45,318 nt of DNA from Desulfobacterales bacterium (GCA_030611985.1 JAUWOS010000002.1:1-45318); one strand, 5' to 3'; shown: positions 9,462-17,486, counted from the first letter of the stretch. The notes: generated from the letters alone by a model not told the origin. Numbers and translations: made by a program.

Positions 9462-9818
9462 ATGTTGAAATTAAGAAAGTGTGCAGGAATTATATGTGTT
9501 TTATTTTTTGCAGCTCTTATAATGCCATGTAATGTTTTCAGCGCTGCGGATGTAGGCGTAGCGGGAGCAGCCACAACTAGCGCCGGTACAGGCAGCACTG
9601 CAACCGGAGCGGGAGCGGCTGGCGCTGGAGCTGGAGCTGGAGCAACCGGAGTAGGAGCTGGAGCGGCAGGAGCGGCGGGAGCGGCGGCCGGCACGGCAGC
9701 AGTTGCCGGTATTACCACCGGCACCATTGTAGCTGCTGCAGCAGTAGTTGCAGTAGCTGCAGCAATAGCAATTGAAGCCGCAAGTGACGATGCTGTAACA
9801 TCAGCTCATCATCACTAA
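9462..9818 (+). CDS. Secreted Gly/Ala/Thr-rich low-complexity protein (YjbE/GfcA-like by position)
   Basis: It has a signal peptide (...NVFSA/AD), about 75 residues of G/A/T repeats, a hydrophobic A/V/I stretch and a C-terminal HHH. GGAGGTG precedes the ATG. It sits directly downstream of the yjbH-like gene. Confidence 0.5.
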   Translation: MLKLRKCAGIICVLFFAALIMPCNVFSAADVGVAGAATTSAGTGSTATGAGAAGAGAGAGATGVGAGAAGAAGAAAGTAAVAGITTGTIVAAAAVVAVAAAIAIEAASDDAVTSAHHH

Positions 9819-9845
9819 ACTGCAAGTCAAGTATTATCATGCATA

Positions 9846-10097
9846 AAGAACGCGGACAAATTAACTTTCCCAACTAAGGAACGGGGATGAAATAACTTCC
9901 ACAAGTAGGCGCACAGATTTGGGTCGAATTTGTTCGATCTCAAATCACAAAAGTTGAAGGAATAGCGAGCTATTTCAATGCTTTTGGGATTTGAGATCGG
10001 ACGAAGGCGGCCTGAAGCTGTGATGCATAGTTGGGGAAGTTATTTCGTCCCCGTTCCTAAGCATCACAGATAGGGAAGTTATTTCGTCCACGTTCCT
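9846..10097. repeat. Composite family A repeat: degenerate R1, then R1(+) - module a - module b (inverted) - R1(-), then one more R1(-)
   Basis: R1 cores lie at 9846-9870 (degenerate), 9877-9900 (+), 10035-10058 (-) and 10074-10097 (-). There is an internal long hairpin: GATCTCAAATCACAAAAG ... CTTTTGGGATTTGAGATC. The halves recur separately at 27577-27656 and 31093-31198. Confidence 0.8.
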
Positions 10098-10114
10098 GTC
10101 AAAAAGCCCATTGG

Positions 10115-10639
10115 ATGAAAATGAGAAGCTCTAAGAGTCTATTTAAAAAAGTCCCCCTTATCGCATTTACCCTTGTTGCATTTTCTTCCCTTTCAGCTTT
10201 TGCCGCAAAAAATTCTTATAACGAAATCAACAGCCTCCTCCTTTCTGCAGAATCCTTATTCAAATCAATGAAAAATAAAGAATATACCGCAATATGGAGT
10301 GTGCTTACCGCAAAATCTAAAAAGATCATCATTAAAAATGTGTACAGGGAATCAAGCAAGACATCTGAGGGCTATTCTAAAGAAAAAATCAGATCCGATT
10401 TCACTAAAGGAGGTATTATTGCAAAGACATATTGGGATAGTTTTCTTATGGAATTTGATCCTGATATGGTTCTGGAAAGTAGCAAATGGAAAGTAGAAAC
10501 CATTAAAAACAAGATAGCAATAATATCCATTCATTATAAAGAATCAAAAAAACCTGCGCTGCTGAAGATGTATAAAGAAGAAGGTCTTTGGAAAACAGGC
10601 ATTGAAGAAACATTTGGAGTAAGAAAAATTCTCCATTAG
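10115..10639 (+). CDS. Secreted protein of unknown function
   Basis: 174-aa ORF with a signal peptide (...SLSAFA/AK). No family recognised. Confidence 0.5.
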   Translation: MKMRSSKSLFKKVPLIAFTLVAFSSLSAFAAKNSYNEINSLLLSAESLFKSMKNKEYTAIWSVLTAKSKKIIIKNVYRESSKTSEGYSKEKIRSDFTKGGIIAKTYWDSFLMEFDPDMVLESSKWKVETIKNKIAIISIHYKESKKPALLKMYKEEGLWKTGIEETFGVRKILH

Positions 10640-10674
10640 GAAGACGCTTGACTGTGCTTCTATTTGATGAAAAA

Positions 10675-11457
10675 CTAACAGCCAAAAATCGTTGAAAACC
10701 ACCTTTTTTTACGTGGGTGTTTCGGCTCGGGGAGGTTCACGAGTTTTCCTGCAAGTATGGCGCCCGGTCTGATAGTAACCATCTCTTTTGCCTCATTTAT
10801 ATCTCCAACAATCTCACCGGCAACCTCTACTGCCGGTGACAGAACAGACGGCCGGTTTTCAGTAGAATGGGAATCTGTGGCAATTATATGAGCCAATCTC
10901 AGATCCAGTAATATGTGAGCACACTCCATGGCTTCTTCACCCAATCCGCCTGTAATACTTGTGGCCGTGATTTGAACAATAGACCCCATAGCAACCAGAT
11001 CATAAAGGAATTCCAGTCGGCGCTGAAATACCATATTTCTTTCCGGATGTGCAATAATCGGGGTAATACCTTTTAGCTTTAACCGGAAAAGTTCGTCCTT
11101 TAATCCGGACGGAATAGCATGAACCGGAAACTCTACCAGAACATATTGCCCGTTATTATTAATTGTAGCTACTTCACCGGACAATATCTTTTCCGTAAGT
11201 CCAACGCATATGTGCGCCTCTGACCCGGGACATAAATTCAACTCAATTCGATTTTTCTGTAAAATCCCGCGCAGATTTGCAACATGATCGGTCACTTCAC
11301 GCAAAGGGTTGCAGTAAACTCCGTTGAGCGTATGAGGAGTGGCCACCACCGTTCGGATGCCATCAGCTACAGCCTGCCTTGCCATGGCAATGCTCTCTTC
11401 CACACTGAAAGAACCGTCATCAATAGCTGGAAGGATATGAGAGTGAATATCTATCAT
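10675..11457 (-). CDS. CpsB/YwqE-type PHP-domain protein-tyrosine phosphatase
   Basis: N-terminal MIDIHSHILPAIDDGS motif, plus ATPH and AHPER histidine motifs. Confidence 0.85.
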   Translation of the reverse strand: MIDIHSHILPAIDDGSFSVEESIAMARQAVADGIRTVVATPHTLNGVYCNPLREVTDHVANLRGILQKNRIELNLCPGSEAHICVGLTEKILSGEVATINNNGQYVLVEFPVHAIPSGLKDELFRLKLKGITPIIAHPERNMVFQRRLEFLYDLVAMGSIVQITATSITGGLGEEAMECAHILLDLRLAHIIATDSHSTENRPSVLSPAVEVAGEIVGDINEAKEMVTIRPGAILAGKLVNLPEPKHPRKKRWFSTIFGC

Positions 11458-11473
11458 AGGGATTTAGGGATTA

Positions 11474-14254
11474 TCAATCATCAATTCTTCTTTTCTTATT
11501 CTTCTTCTTATTTCTCTGACTATCGTCGCCATAGTAATAATAGTAGTATTGATAGTAATAATAGCTGTCTTTTCCGGTAGTCACACCATTAAGGACAGCG
11601 CCGAGGATATGAGCATTTACTGTATGGAGCTGGCTTAAGCCATTTTGCACAACCTGTCGGGGAGTTTCACCGGCGCGAATCACCAGTATTGTGCCGTCCA
11701 CTATTTTAGAAAGCAATACGGAATCAGTTACTGCGGTCAGCGGAGGCGAGTCAATAATAATTCTCGTATACTTTTTTCTCAATGCTTTAACAAGATGTTC
11801 CATCTTTCTGGAACCTAAGAGTTCAGATGGGTTAGGAGGAATCGGCCCGCAGGGAATTATATCCAGGTTCGCTATATCGGTATTAACCACAACATCATTC
11901 AGTTCACTCGATCCGACAAGCACACTTGATATTCCTGCATCTCTACCGATATTAAAAAGCTTATGAACACGTGGGCGTCTCATATCGCAATCGATAATAA
12001 GTACATTAGAACCGGCCTGGGCCATAGTTACAGCCAGGTTTGCGGCGCAAGATGTTTTTCCCTCCTCGGGTCCAGCGCTTGAAACAAGAATTACCTGCGG
12101 CGCAGCATCAGCGGAAGAAAAGAGGATGCCTGTCCTGATTCCGCGGAATGATTCGCTTGCTGTAGATTTGGGAGAATGGACGGCAATCAGGTCTGCTGGA
12201 GATGTCCCATCATGGTTTTCAGAAGAAGCAAAAGCCGGAACAGGTCCCAGATATGGAATCTTGAGATATTCCTTGATTTCATCCGGAAGTTTGATGGTAT
12301 TATCAAGATATTCTAAAAAGAAAGCCAGCCCTGTTCCCATAGCAAGACCTACTATAATAGAAAGGAGAAGGTTGAGTTTCTTCTTTGGTTTTACAGGAGA
12401 TTCGGGAGTCTCTGCTTTATCGATAATCCTGATATTTCCTGTCTTCATCTCTTCGGTCAGCGAGGTTTCTTTGAATCGTTTGATCAATAGCTCATACATG
12501 TGCCTTGAGCTTTCCGTCTGGCGCTGGAGGACCCCGTACTGTACCGCCTTCTTGTTCATTGAAAGGCTTTCTGTTTTTTGCCTTGCCAGAGCTTTTTTCA
12601 GGGATTCCTCCCTGGCAACAGCCAGCTTATATTCATTTTGAAGTGAATTGACAACACGTTTACACTCTATTGCCTTCCGCTTTTTCAGATCCTCCAGTTC
12701 AGACTCAATTGCCACCATCTTTGGGTGATTTTGACCATATTTATCAGAAAATTCGGACATGCGGTTGTAAAGGTTGACCTCCATATTTTTGATCTGCTGG
12801 ATTAATTCGTTGCTCAAGATCCTGGGAATCGAGTCGAGCATATCAGGGTTGTCCTTAATAGCCATTGCCTGCATGTACCTTGTCTCAGCCTCCACTCGTA
12901 AGGACTCGGCATCTACAACTTTGGCATTAATCTGTGCCAGCTTCTGCGCGGTGATCTTTTCAGCATCGCTGGAAAAATCTGTGATGATCTCCTGCTCTTC
13001 CTTATATTGTAAAAGAGCATTTTCCGCAGCCTCTACTTTTGTCCGTTCTTCCCCAATCCGGTCATTCAGCCATTTGACCGCATCCTTGGTTGCCGTGAGC
13101 TTGATCTCCATATTCATGTCAATGTAAGTCCGAACCAATTCATTTGCTATCTGAGCCGCAAGAACAGGATTTTTTGCTTCAAAGCTTACATCTACAAGCC
13201 GGCTGTTTCGAATCGGACTTATATTAATCCGCCCGATAAAGGCGGAAACCAGTCCGGAATCAGGAGTAAAATCCGGTGAAAGAGCATATATCTTTCGGTC
13301 TCTATTTCCCTTTTTAAGCTTAAACTTTATCTTTGAGCCAGGATACAGATATTCGTAAGCAGAAACAATTGAACTGGTTAAAGAAACTATCGCCAATTCT
13401 TTTTTTATCGTCGCAGGCATTTTTAATTCAGAGCTAACTATTTTATCCACAAAATCACTTTTGTGCGCCCATCCGGTTCTGCCATCTTCAAGCTTGATAT
13501 GATACCAATCTTCCTTTGTATCAATGACCGAATATAGCCTTTCTTTTATCATCCTGAACACTATTTTAGAATCATGAACCGGTTCGTGACGGGCAATGGC
13601 AAGATGAACTTTGGATTTCACTTCTTTTAAACCCTCTACTGAGAATTCCAGGCGCTCCGGCAAGTTCTTCTCACTTTTCAGAAAAGTAATATCTTTGACT
13701 GCAAAATCACTTTTGTGCGCCCATCCGGTCCTGCCATCTTCAAGCTCAACATGATACCAATCTTCCTTTGTATCAATAATCGATACTGTTGTTTCTACTA
13801 ACGACAATTTGTCATTTTTTCTACCATCTCCAGAATTCAACAAAGATATTGTCCACTCCTTTAAGAATCCCGCAGTCTCACGAAACCAGCCTTTGATGTT
13901 TGAAATAAAATTGTTTTTGGATTCAGGAAAAAATTCAGCGCTGTTTTCCAGATCCATCCGCCGTATTACTTCCCGGGCTACAGTACGGCTTTCGATAATC
14001 TTGTACTGAGTCTGGTAGTAATCGGATCCAGTGGCATCCACAGCCATAACTTCCTGGATGGAAACAAGATTCGGATTCTCCTTTTCGATTACAATTCGGG
14101 AACCGGCCTGATAAATTGGTATGGACGTAAATGTATGAATGGCTACGGTAAGGACTGTTATCGTAAAAAAGGTGATGATGCTCCATCTTCTTTTTATTAG
14201 AACACGAAGATAGTCTCGGATATCTGTCTGCTCTTCTTTTTTATATTCTTCCAT
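11474..14254 (-). CDS. Polysaccharide co-polymerase / BY tyrosine autokinase (Wzc/Etk-like) with an inserted tandem SH3-like repeat
   Basis: Wzz N-terminus plus two TMs. Walker A is SAGPEEGKTS, A' is LIIDCDMRRP and B is IIIDSPP. The C-terminal Tyr cluster is DSYYYYQYYYYYYGDD. Duplicated motif: (I/V)IDTKEDWYH(V/I)(E/K)LEDGRTGWAHKSDF. Confidence 0.85.
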   Translation of the reverse strand: MEEYKKEEQTDIRDYLRVLIKRRWSIITFFTITVLTVAIHTFTSIPIYQAGSRIVIEKENPNLVSIQEVMAVDATGSDYYQTQYKIIESRTVAREVIRRMDLENSAEFFPESKNNFISNIKGWFRETAGFLKEWTISLLNSGDGRKNDKLSLVETTVSIIDTKEDWYHVELEDGRTGWAHKSDFAVKDITFLKSEKNLPERLEFSVEGLKEVKSKVHLAIARHEPVHDSKIVFRMIKERLYSVIDTKEDWYHIKLEDGRTGWAHKSDFVDKIVSSELKMPATIKKELAIVSLTSSIVSAYEYLYPGSKIKFKLKKGNRDRKIYALSPDFTPDSGLVSAFIGRINISPIRNSRLVDVSFEAKNPVLAAQIANELVRTYIDMNMEIKLTATKDAVKWLNDRIGEERTKVEAAENALLQYKEEQEIITDFSSDAEKITAQKLAQINAKVVDAESLRVEAETRYMQAMAIKDNPDMLDSIPRILSNELIQQIKNMEVNLYNRMSEFSDKYGQNHPKMVAIESELEDLKKRKAIECKRVVNSLQNEYKLAVAREESLKKALARQKTESLSMNKKAVQYGVLQRQTESSRHMYELLIKRFKETSLTEEMKTGNIRIIDKAETPESPVKPKKKLNLLLSIIVGLAMGTGLAFFLEYLDNTIKLPDEIKEYLKIPYLGPVPAFASSENHDGTSPADLIAVHSPKSTASESFRGIRTGILFSSADAAPQVILVSSAGPEEGKTSCAANLAVTMAQAGSNVLIIDCDMRRPRVHKLFNIGRDAGISSVLVGSSELNDVVVNTDIANLDIIPCGPIPPNPSELLGSRKMEHLVKALRKKYTRIIIDSPPLTAVTDSVLLSKIVDGTILVIRAGETPRQVVQNGLSQLHTVNAHILGAVLNGVTTGKDSYYYYQYYYYYYGDDSQRNKKKNKKRRIDD

Positions 14255-15309
14255 TAAAAAAAACTCTCCGGAACCACAATCACATCACCGGGCAGGATAC
14301 TGACATCCTGACCTTTTTTTCCGGCTTCAGTGATTGCGTCCACTTTGACACGAATAATCTTTTCCACTCCATCTTCCACGCGTATGATACGGGTCCTGTT
14401 TCGAGCGGCTATCTGGGTAAAACCGCCTGCCATGCTGATAGCTTCAACCAGAGTTATCTCCCTTTCCTGATAGAGATACGACCCGGGTTTTTGCACCTGA
14501 CCAATTATGTAAAAATTTTCCGCCTTGGGAATATAAACAAGATCCCTGTCAAATAAAAGGAGATTTGACAATTGATCTCCCCCTTTAAGCAAGCCCGGAA
14601 TATCAATACGGATCACAACTTTTTTTTCATACTCTGTATTGGAATTTTCTTTGCGGATGATTATCCCCTGTTTGCCGCCCTGTTCAAAGTCAATTCCTCC
14701 TGCTCTGGAAACAGCATCCAGAACCCTCTCCCTGGCCTGAAGAGGATAAGTTCCAGGCAACTTCACAGAACCGAGTACCATAAACTGTTTGCTCTTGTAA
14801 CCACTCACTGTGACGGAAACATGCGCATCCAGAACAAACCGGCTATCAGCGAGTTTAAATGATATGAGGCTTTCGATCTGGGAAGCAGTAAGCTCGTCCA
14901 CTTTAAGTCTGCCGATTAAGGGAAAGGAGATATAACCATCAGCGCTTATGCGAACTTTTTCACGAGAAAGATCCGGCTCTTCATATACTATAATATCAAG
15001 AACATCATATCCTCCAACCTTGTAATCCTGAGCTGTTGGATTGCCGGCATCCGGATGAATGGCAAGGTATTCTGCGACGGTATAGTTGGGTGTATGTTGA
15101 ATTATTTTTTTCAGGCCAAGATCTTTCTCTTCTCTTTTTTTAGCCTCTTTAATTTCGACAAACCTGGCAAGATCGCTTTCTTCGAGCCCCTCAAGTTTGC
15201 CTTCCGAAACAGTGGTAACATGCACTACATTCCTGCTATCGCTGCATGCGCCAATAAATAACAAGAAGGCAATAAAAATAAATCCTGTTAGAAAACGCAT
15301 ACGTGGCAT
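14254..15309 (-). CDS. Wza-type polysaccharide export lipoprotein (Poly_export + SLBB)
   Basis: I prefer the ATG at 15309 (or 15300), which gives MPRMRFLTGFIFIAFLLFIGAC with a lipobox. Motifs include YKVGGYDVLDIIVYEEPDL ... DGYISFPLIG. Its stop overlaps the kinase start (TAATG at 14252-14256). Confidence 0.8.
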   Translation of the reverse strand: MPRMRFLTGFIFIAFLLFIGACSDSRNVVHVTTVSEGKLEGLEESDLARFVEIKEAKKREEKDLGLKKIIQHTPNYTVAEYLAIHPDAGNPTAQDYKVGGYDVLDIIVYEEPDLSREKVRISADGYISFPLIGRLKVDELTASQIESLISFKLADSRFVLDAHVSVTVSGYKSKQFMVLGSVKLPGTYPLQARERVLDAVSRAGGIDFEQGGKQGIIIRKENSNTEYEKKVVIRIDIPGLLKGGDQLSNLLLFDRDLVYIPKAENFYIIGQVQKPGSYLYQEREITLVEAISMAGGFTQIAARNRTRIIRVEDGVEKIIRVKVDAITEAGKKGQDVSILPGDVIVVPESFF

Positions 15310-15626
15310 CAAACCCACGCCCTCGTTAAAAAAAGCAGTTTCCATTCTATGACAAAGCAAAGGGTGGTTTTTTAACGAAATAAATTTCGAGAGTCTTAAA
15401 AAAAAATGAGATATTTTGAAAAAGCCTTTTTTCATGCTGATTTTACGCTCCATATGAACTTTTATTGCTATTCGGACTACAGGAACAAGTCACTCAAGCG
15501 TACCCGCCGTTAATATCAAAACTTGATTTAGCTCTTTAAGAAAAATAATGCAAACATTTATTTAGCTGCACAGCAAAAAAAAGCGAGCTGTGCGGTTAGG
15601 AAATTTCAGATTTACGCCGCCAATTT

Positions 15627-15782
15627 GGGTAGTCCCTGCAAAACAGTGCAGGTAATAATTTCAATAGGTTATATATTATATCTTATATATTATATCTTCG
15701 GCAGCACATAGCGAAAAATCAGGTGCTTACAAAGTGAAACAGGTCAGTATTCCCAAGCCTGCATTGCTTTGCAGGAACTACC
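15627..15782 (-). mobile_element. MITE family C, copy 2 (inverted relative to copy 1)
   Basis: TIRs are GGTAGTCCCTGCAAAACAGTGCAGG (15628-15652) and CCTGCATTGCTTTGCAGGAACTACC (15758-15782). The core is the reverse complement of the core of 3355-3498, with an internal 14-bp tandem duplication (ATATATTATATCTT x2). Confidence 0.75.
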
Positions 15783-15852
15783 AACTTTTGCGATCTGAGA
15801 TCAAACAAATCCGACCCAAATCTATACGCCTGCTTGATGAAATAATTTGAGT
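15783..15852 (-). repeat. Family A left half (module a) in reverse orientation, truncated
   Basis: AACTTTTGCGATCTGAGATCAAACAAATCCGACCCAAATCTATACGCCTGCTTG is the reverse complement of module a (compare 27601-27656). Confidence 0.6.
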
Positions 15853-16010
15853 GTAACCGTTCACGGGGAGAACTGGTAGTAAGCAAGGCTGCTTCCTAAC
15901 ATGTAAGCTTTTACAGGTGCTGTAGATGTGCGTTTTCAGGACAATCAACTATAGATTTGCTATGTTGGTTGTCCTGAAAACGTGCATATGCAGTGCCTGT
16001 GAACGCTTAC
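15853..16010 (+). mobile_element. Repeat family B, copy B1 (158-bp IS66-type MITE)
   Basis: The ends are GTAACCGTTCACGGG ... CCTGTGAACGCTTAC. Near-identical copies lie at 32762-32919 and 45161-45318, with a shorter one at 16786-16916. Confidence 0.8.
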
Positions 16011-16033
16011 CAAATTATTTCGTCCACATTCCC
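16011..16033 (-). repeat. Degenerate R1 core (reverse)
   Basis: CAAATTATTTCGTCCACATTCCC compared with GGAAGTTATTTCGTCCACGTTCCT. Confidence 0.5.
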
Positions 16034-16055
16034 AAGGAAAGCCTGACCCCAGATT

Positions 16056-16457
16056 TTATTCAACCCAGTTTTCCAGATGCAGGCCAACAACTCTTTCAAA
16101 TTCTTTTGTGTTGTTGGTCACTAATGTTATATCCAGCGATCTGGCCAGACCTGCTATGAGCAGATCATAAGGACCAATCGGCATTCCTTTCGTTTCAAGT
16201 TGAGCGCGAATAGTTGCGGCTTCTATAGCAGAGGAACGATCCATGTCAATAAGGTTCAGCGGCAGAAGAAATTTGGCAAGAGCTCCCTCGGAACGTTGCT
16301 GGTATTGACTTTTTTCAATCCCATATTGAAGTTCGAACAAAGTGATTGTGGATATTGCAACATCCTGTGGAGAATGTTGCCTGAATCGCTCAAGAACCTC
16401 TGATGGGCGTTTTTTAATGAGATATATGCAAATATTGGTATCAAGCAGGTAAAGCAT
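16056..16457 (-). CDS. vapC: VapC PIN-domain toxin
   Basis: MLYLLDTNICIYLIK N-terminus and a LVTNNTKEFERV C-terminal PIN motif. The start overlaps the vapB stop by 1 nt. Confidence 0.85.
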   Translation of the reverse strand: MLYLLDTNICIYLIKKRPSEVLERFRQHSPQDVAISTITLFELQYGIEKSQYQQRSEGALAKFLLPLNLIDMDRSSAIEAATIRAQLETKGMPIGPYDLLIAGLARSLDITLVTNNTKEFERVVGLHLENWVE

Positions 16458-16687
16458 CAGAAAGATTCTCTCTTCTGCATGGCGGGCTGATTACGTCCGT
16501 CTTTCATAAAATCTTCCGGAAATTCACTGAGAGATTCAAACAACGAATCCCATGTCATTTCTATGGGCTCCAGTATAACCTGTTTGCCGTGTTTCAATAT
16601 TTTTACCTCATTACCAGGAATTCTGAATGCCTTGGGCAGTCTTACTGCTTGAGAACTGCCATTTTGAAATAATTTTGCTGTTTCCAT
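16457..16687 (-). CDS. vapB: VapB antitoxin (AbrB/SpoVT-type)
   Basis: METAKLFQNGSSQAVRLPKAFRIPGNEVKI. The ATG at 16687 is preceded by GAGAGG. Confidence 0.75.
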   Translation of the reverse strand: METAKLFQNGSSQAVRLPKAFRIPGNEVKILKHGKQVILEPIEMTWDSLFESLSEFPEDFMKDGRNQPAMQKRESF

Positions 16688-16785
16688 TTTATTACCTCTC
16701 ATTAGTATATATTTTGAGTATATATGCTAATGCTCTGAAAATCAATTTATTTTTTCCTCTTAATAAATTCCGAGCTTCTTTTTTT

Positions 16786-16916
16786 GTAACCATTCACGGG
16801 AGAACTGGCAACTCAACATGTAAGCTTTTACAGGTGCTGTAGATGTGCGTTTTCAGGATAATTTGCTATGTTGGTTGCCCTGAAAACGTGCATATGCAGT
16901 GCCTGTGAACGCTTAC
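16786..16916 (+). mobile_element. Repeat family B, copy B2 (internally deleted)
   Basis: GTAACCATTCACGGGAGAACTGG ... CCTGTGAACGCTTAC. It lacks parts of the left spacer and the hairpin apex. Confidence 0.75.
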
Positions 16917-17159
16917 AGAAAAATCAACAAGCCTGCCCACACAACAAAGGAAATATTCTTCGCATCAAAGACCAAGAAGCATAACCATATTCCCACGAAA
17001 TAAGCAATCCCGTGTACGACGAAACCTGAGCTGGTCAATTTAACAGACATGGCTACCACCTTAAAGCGGGTGTAACACAAAAAAGTTATAACATAAAAAA
17101 TGCATCAAACATGAAAAACCACTGGACTCGGGTCAGCAACATGTATCATATGCAAGGTC

Positions 17160-17395
17160 ATGGACTGGCCGTTAAAAATACAGGGGCGCTTTGTGACAGA
17201 AGCGGAGGTAAATGAAATACGGATCCTTCTTCAGAATCATCCGTTATGGAACCGATCTCGTTTGTCCCGCGAACTGTGTGTACGTTGGAATTGGCAGCGT
17301 CCCGACGGTCAGATTAAAGACATGGTCTGCCGCGAACTTCTCCGCAAGCTTGAGTCTCGAACCCTTATAAAGCTTCCCCCACGCCAGTGTTTCGG
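17160..17395 (+). pseudogene. N-terminal fragment of a DUF4338 (DruA-like) protein
   Basis: GRFVTEAEVNEIRILLQNHPLWNRSRLSRELCVRWNWQRPDGQIKDMVCRELLRKLESRTLIKLPP matches my memory of the DUF4338 N-terminal wHTH region. The rest of the listed ORF runs antisense to the next gene. Confidence 0.45.
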
Positions 17396-17486
17396 TCCTG
17401 GGGTGTCAAAAACGACTCAAAACTTTCCCCGGTTTTTTGGCTTTAGAAAAACTTATCCTGTATATTCTGTCGTAAAACTTAAAATT

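Noticed and set aside
9446-9727. Pro/Ala-rich 93-aa ORF on the minus strand
   Set aside because: It is the mirror image of the GCN-rich low-complexity region of the + strand gene. It has no RBS or signal features, while the + strand ORF has GGAGGTG plus a signal peptide.
15310-15453. 48-codon N-terminal extension of the Wza-like gene
   Set aside because: The extension has no signal features. The internal Met gives a classical lipoprotein signal (LFIGAC).
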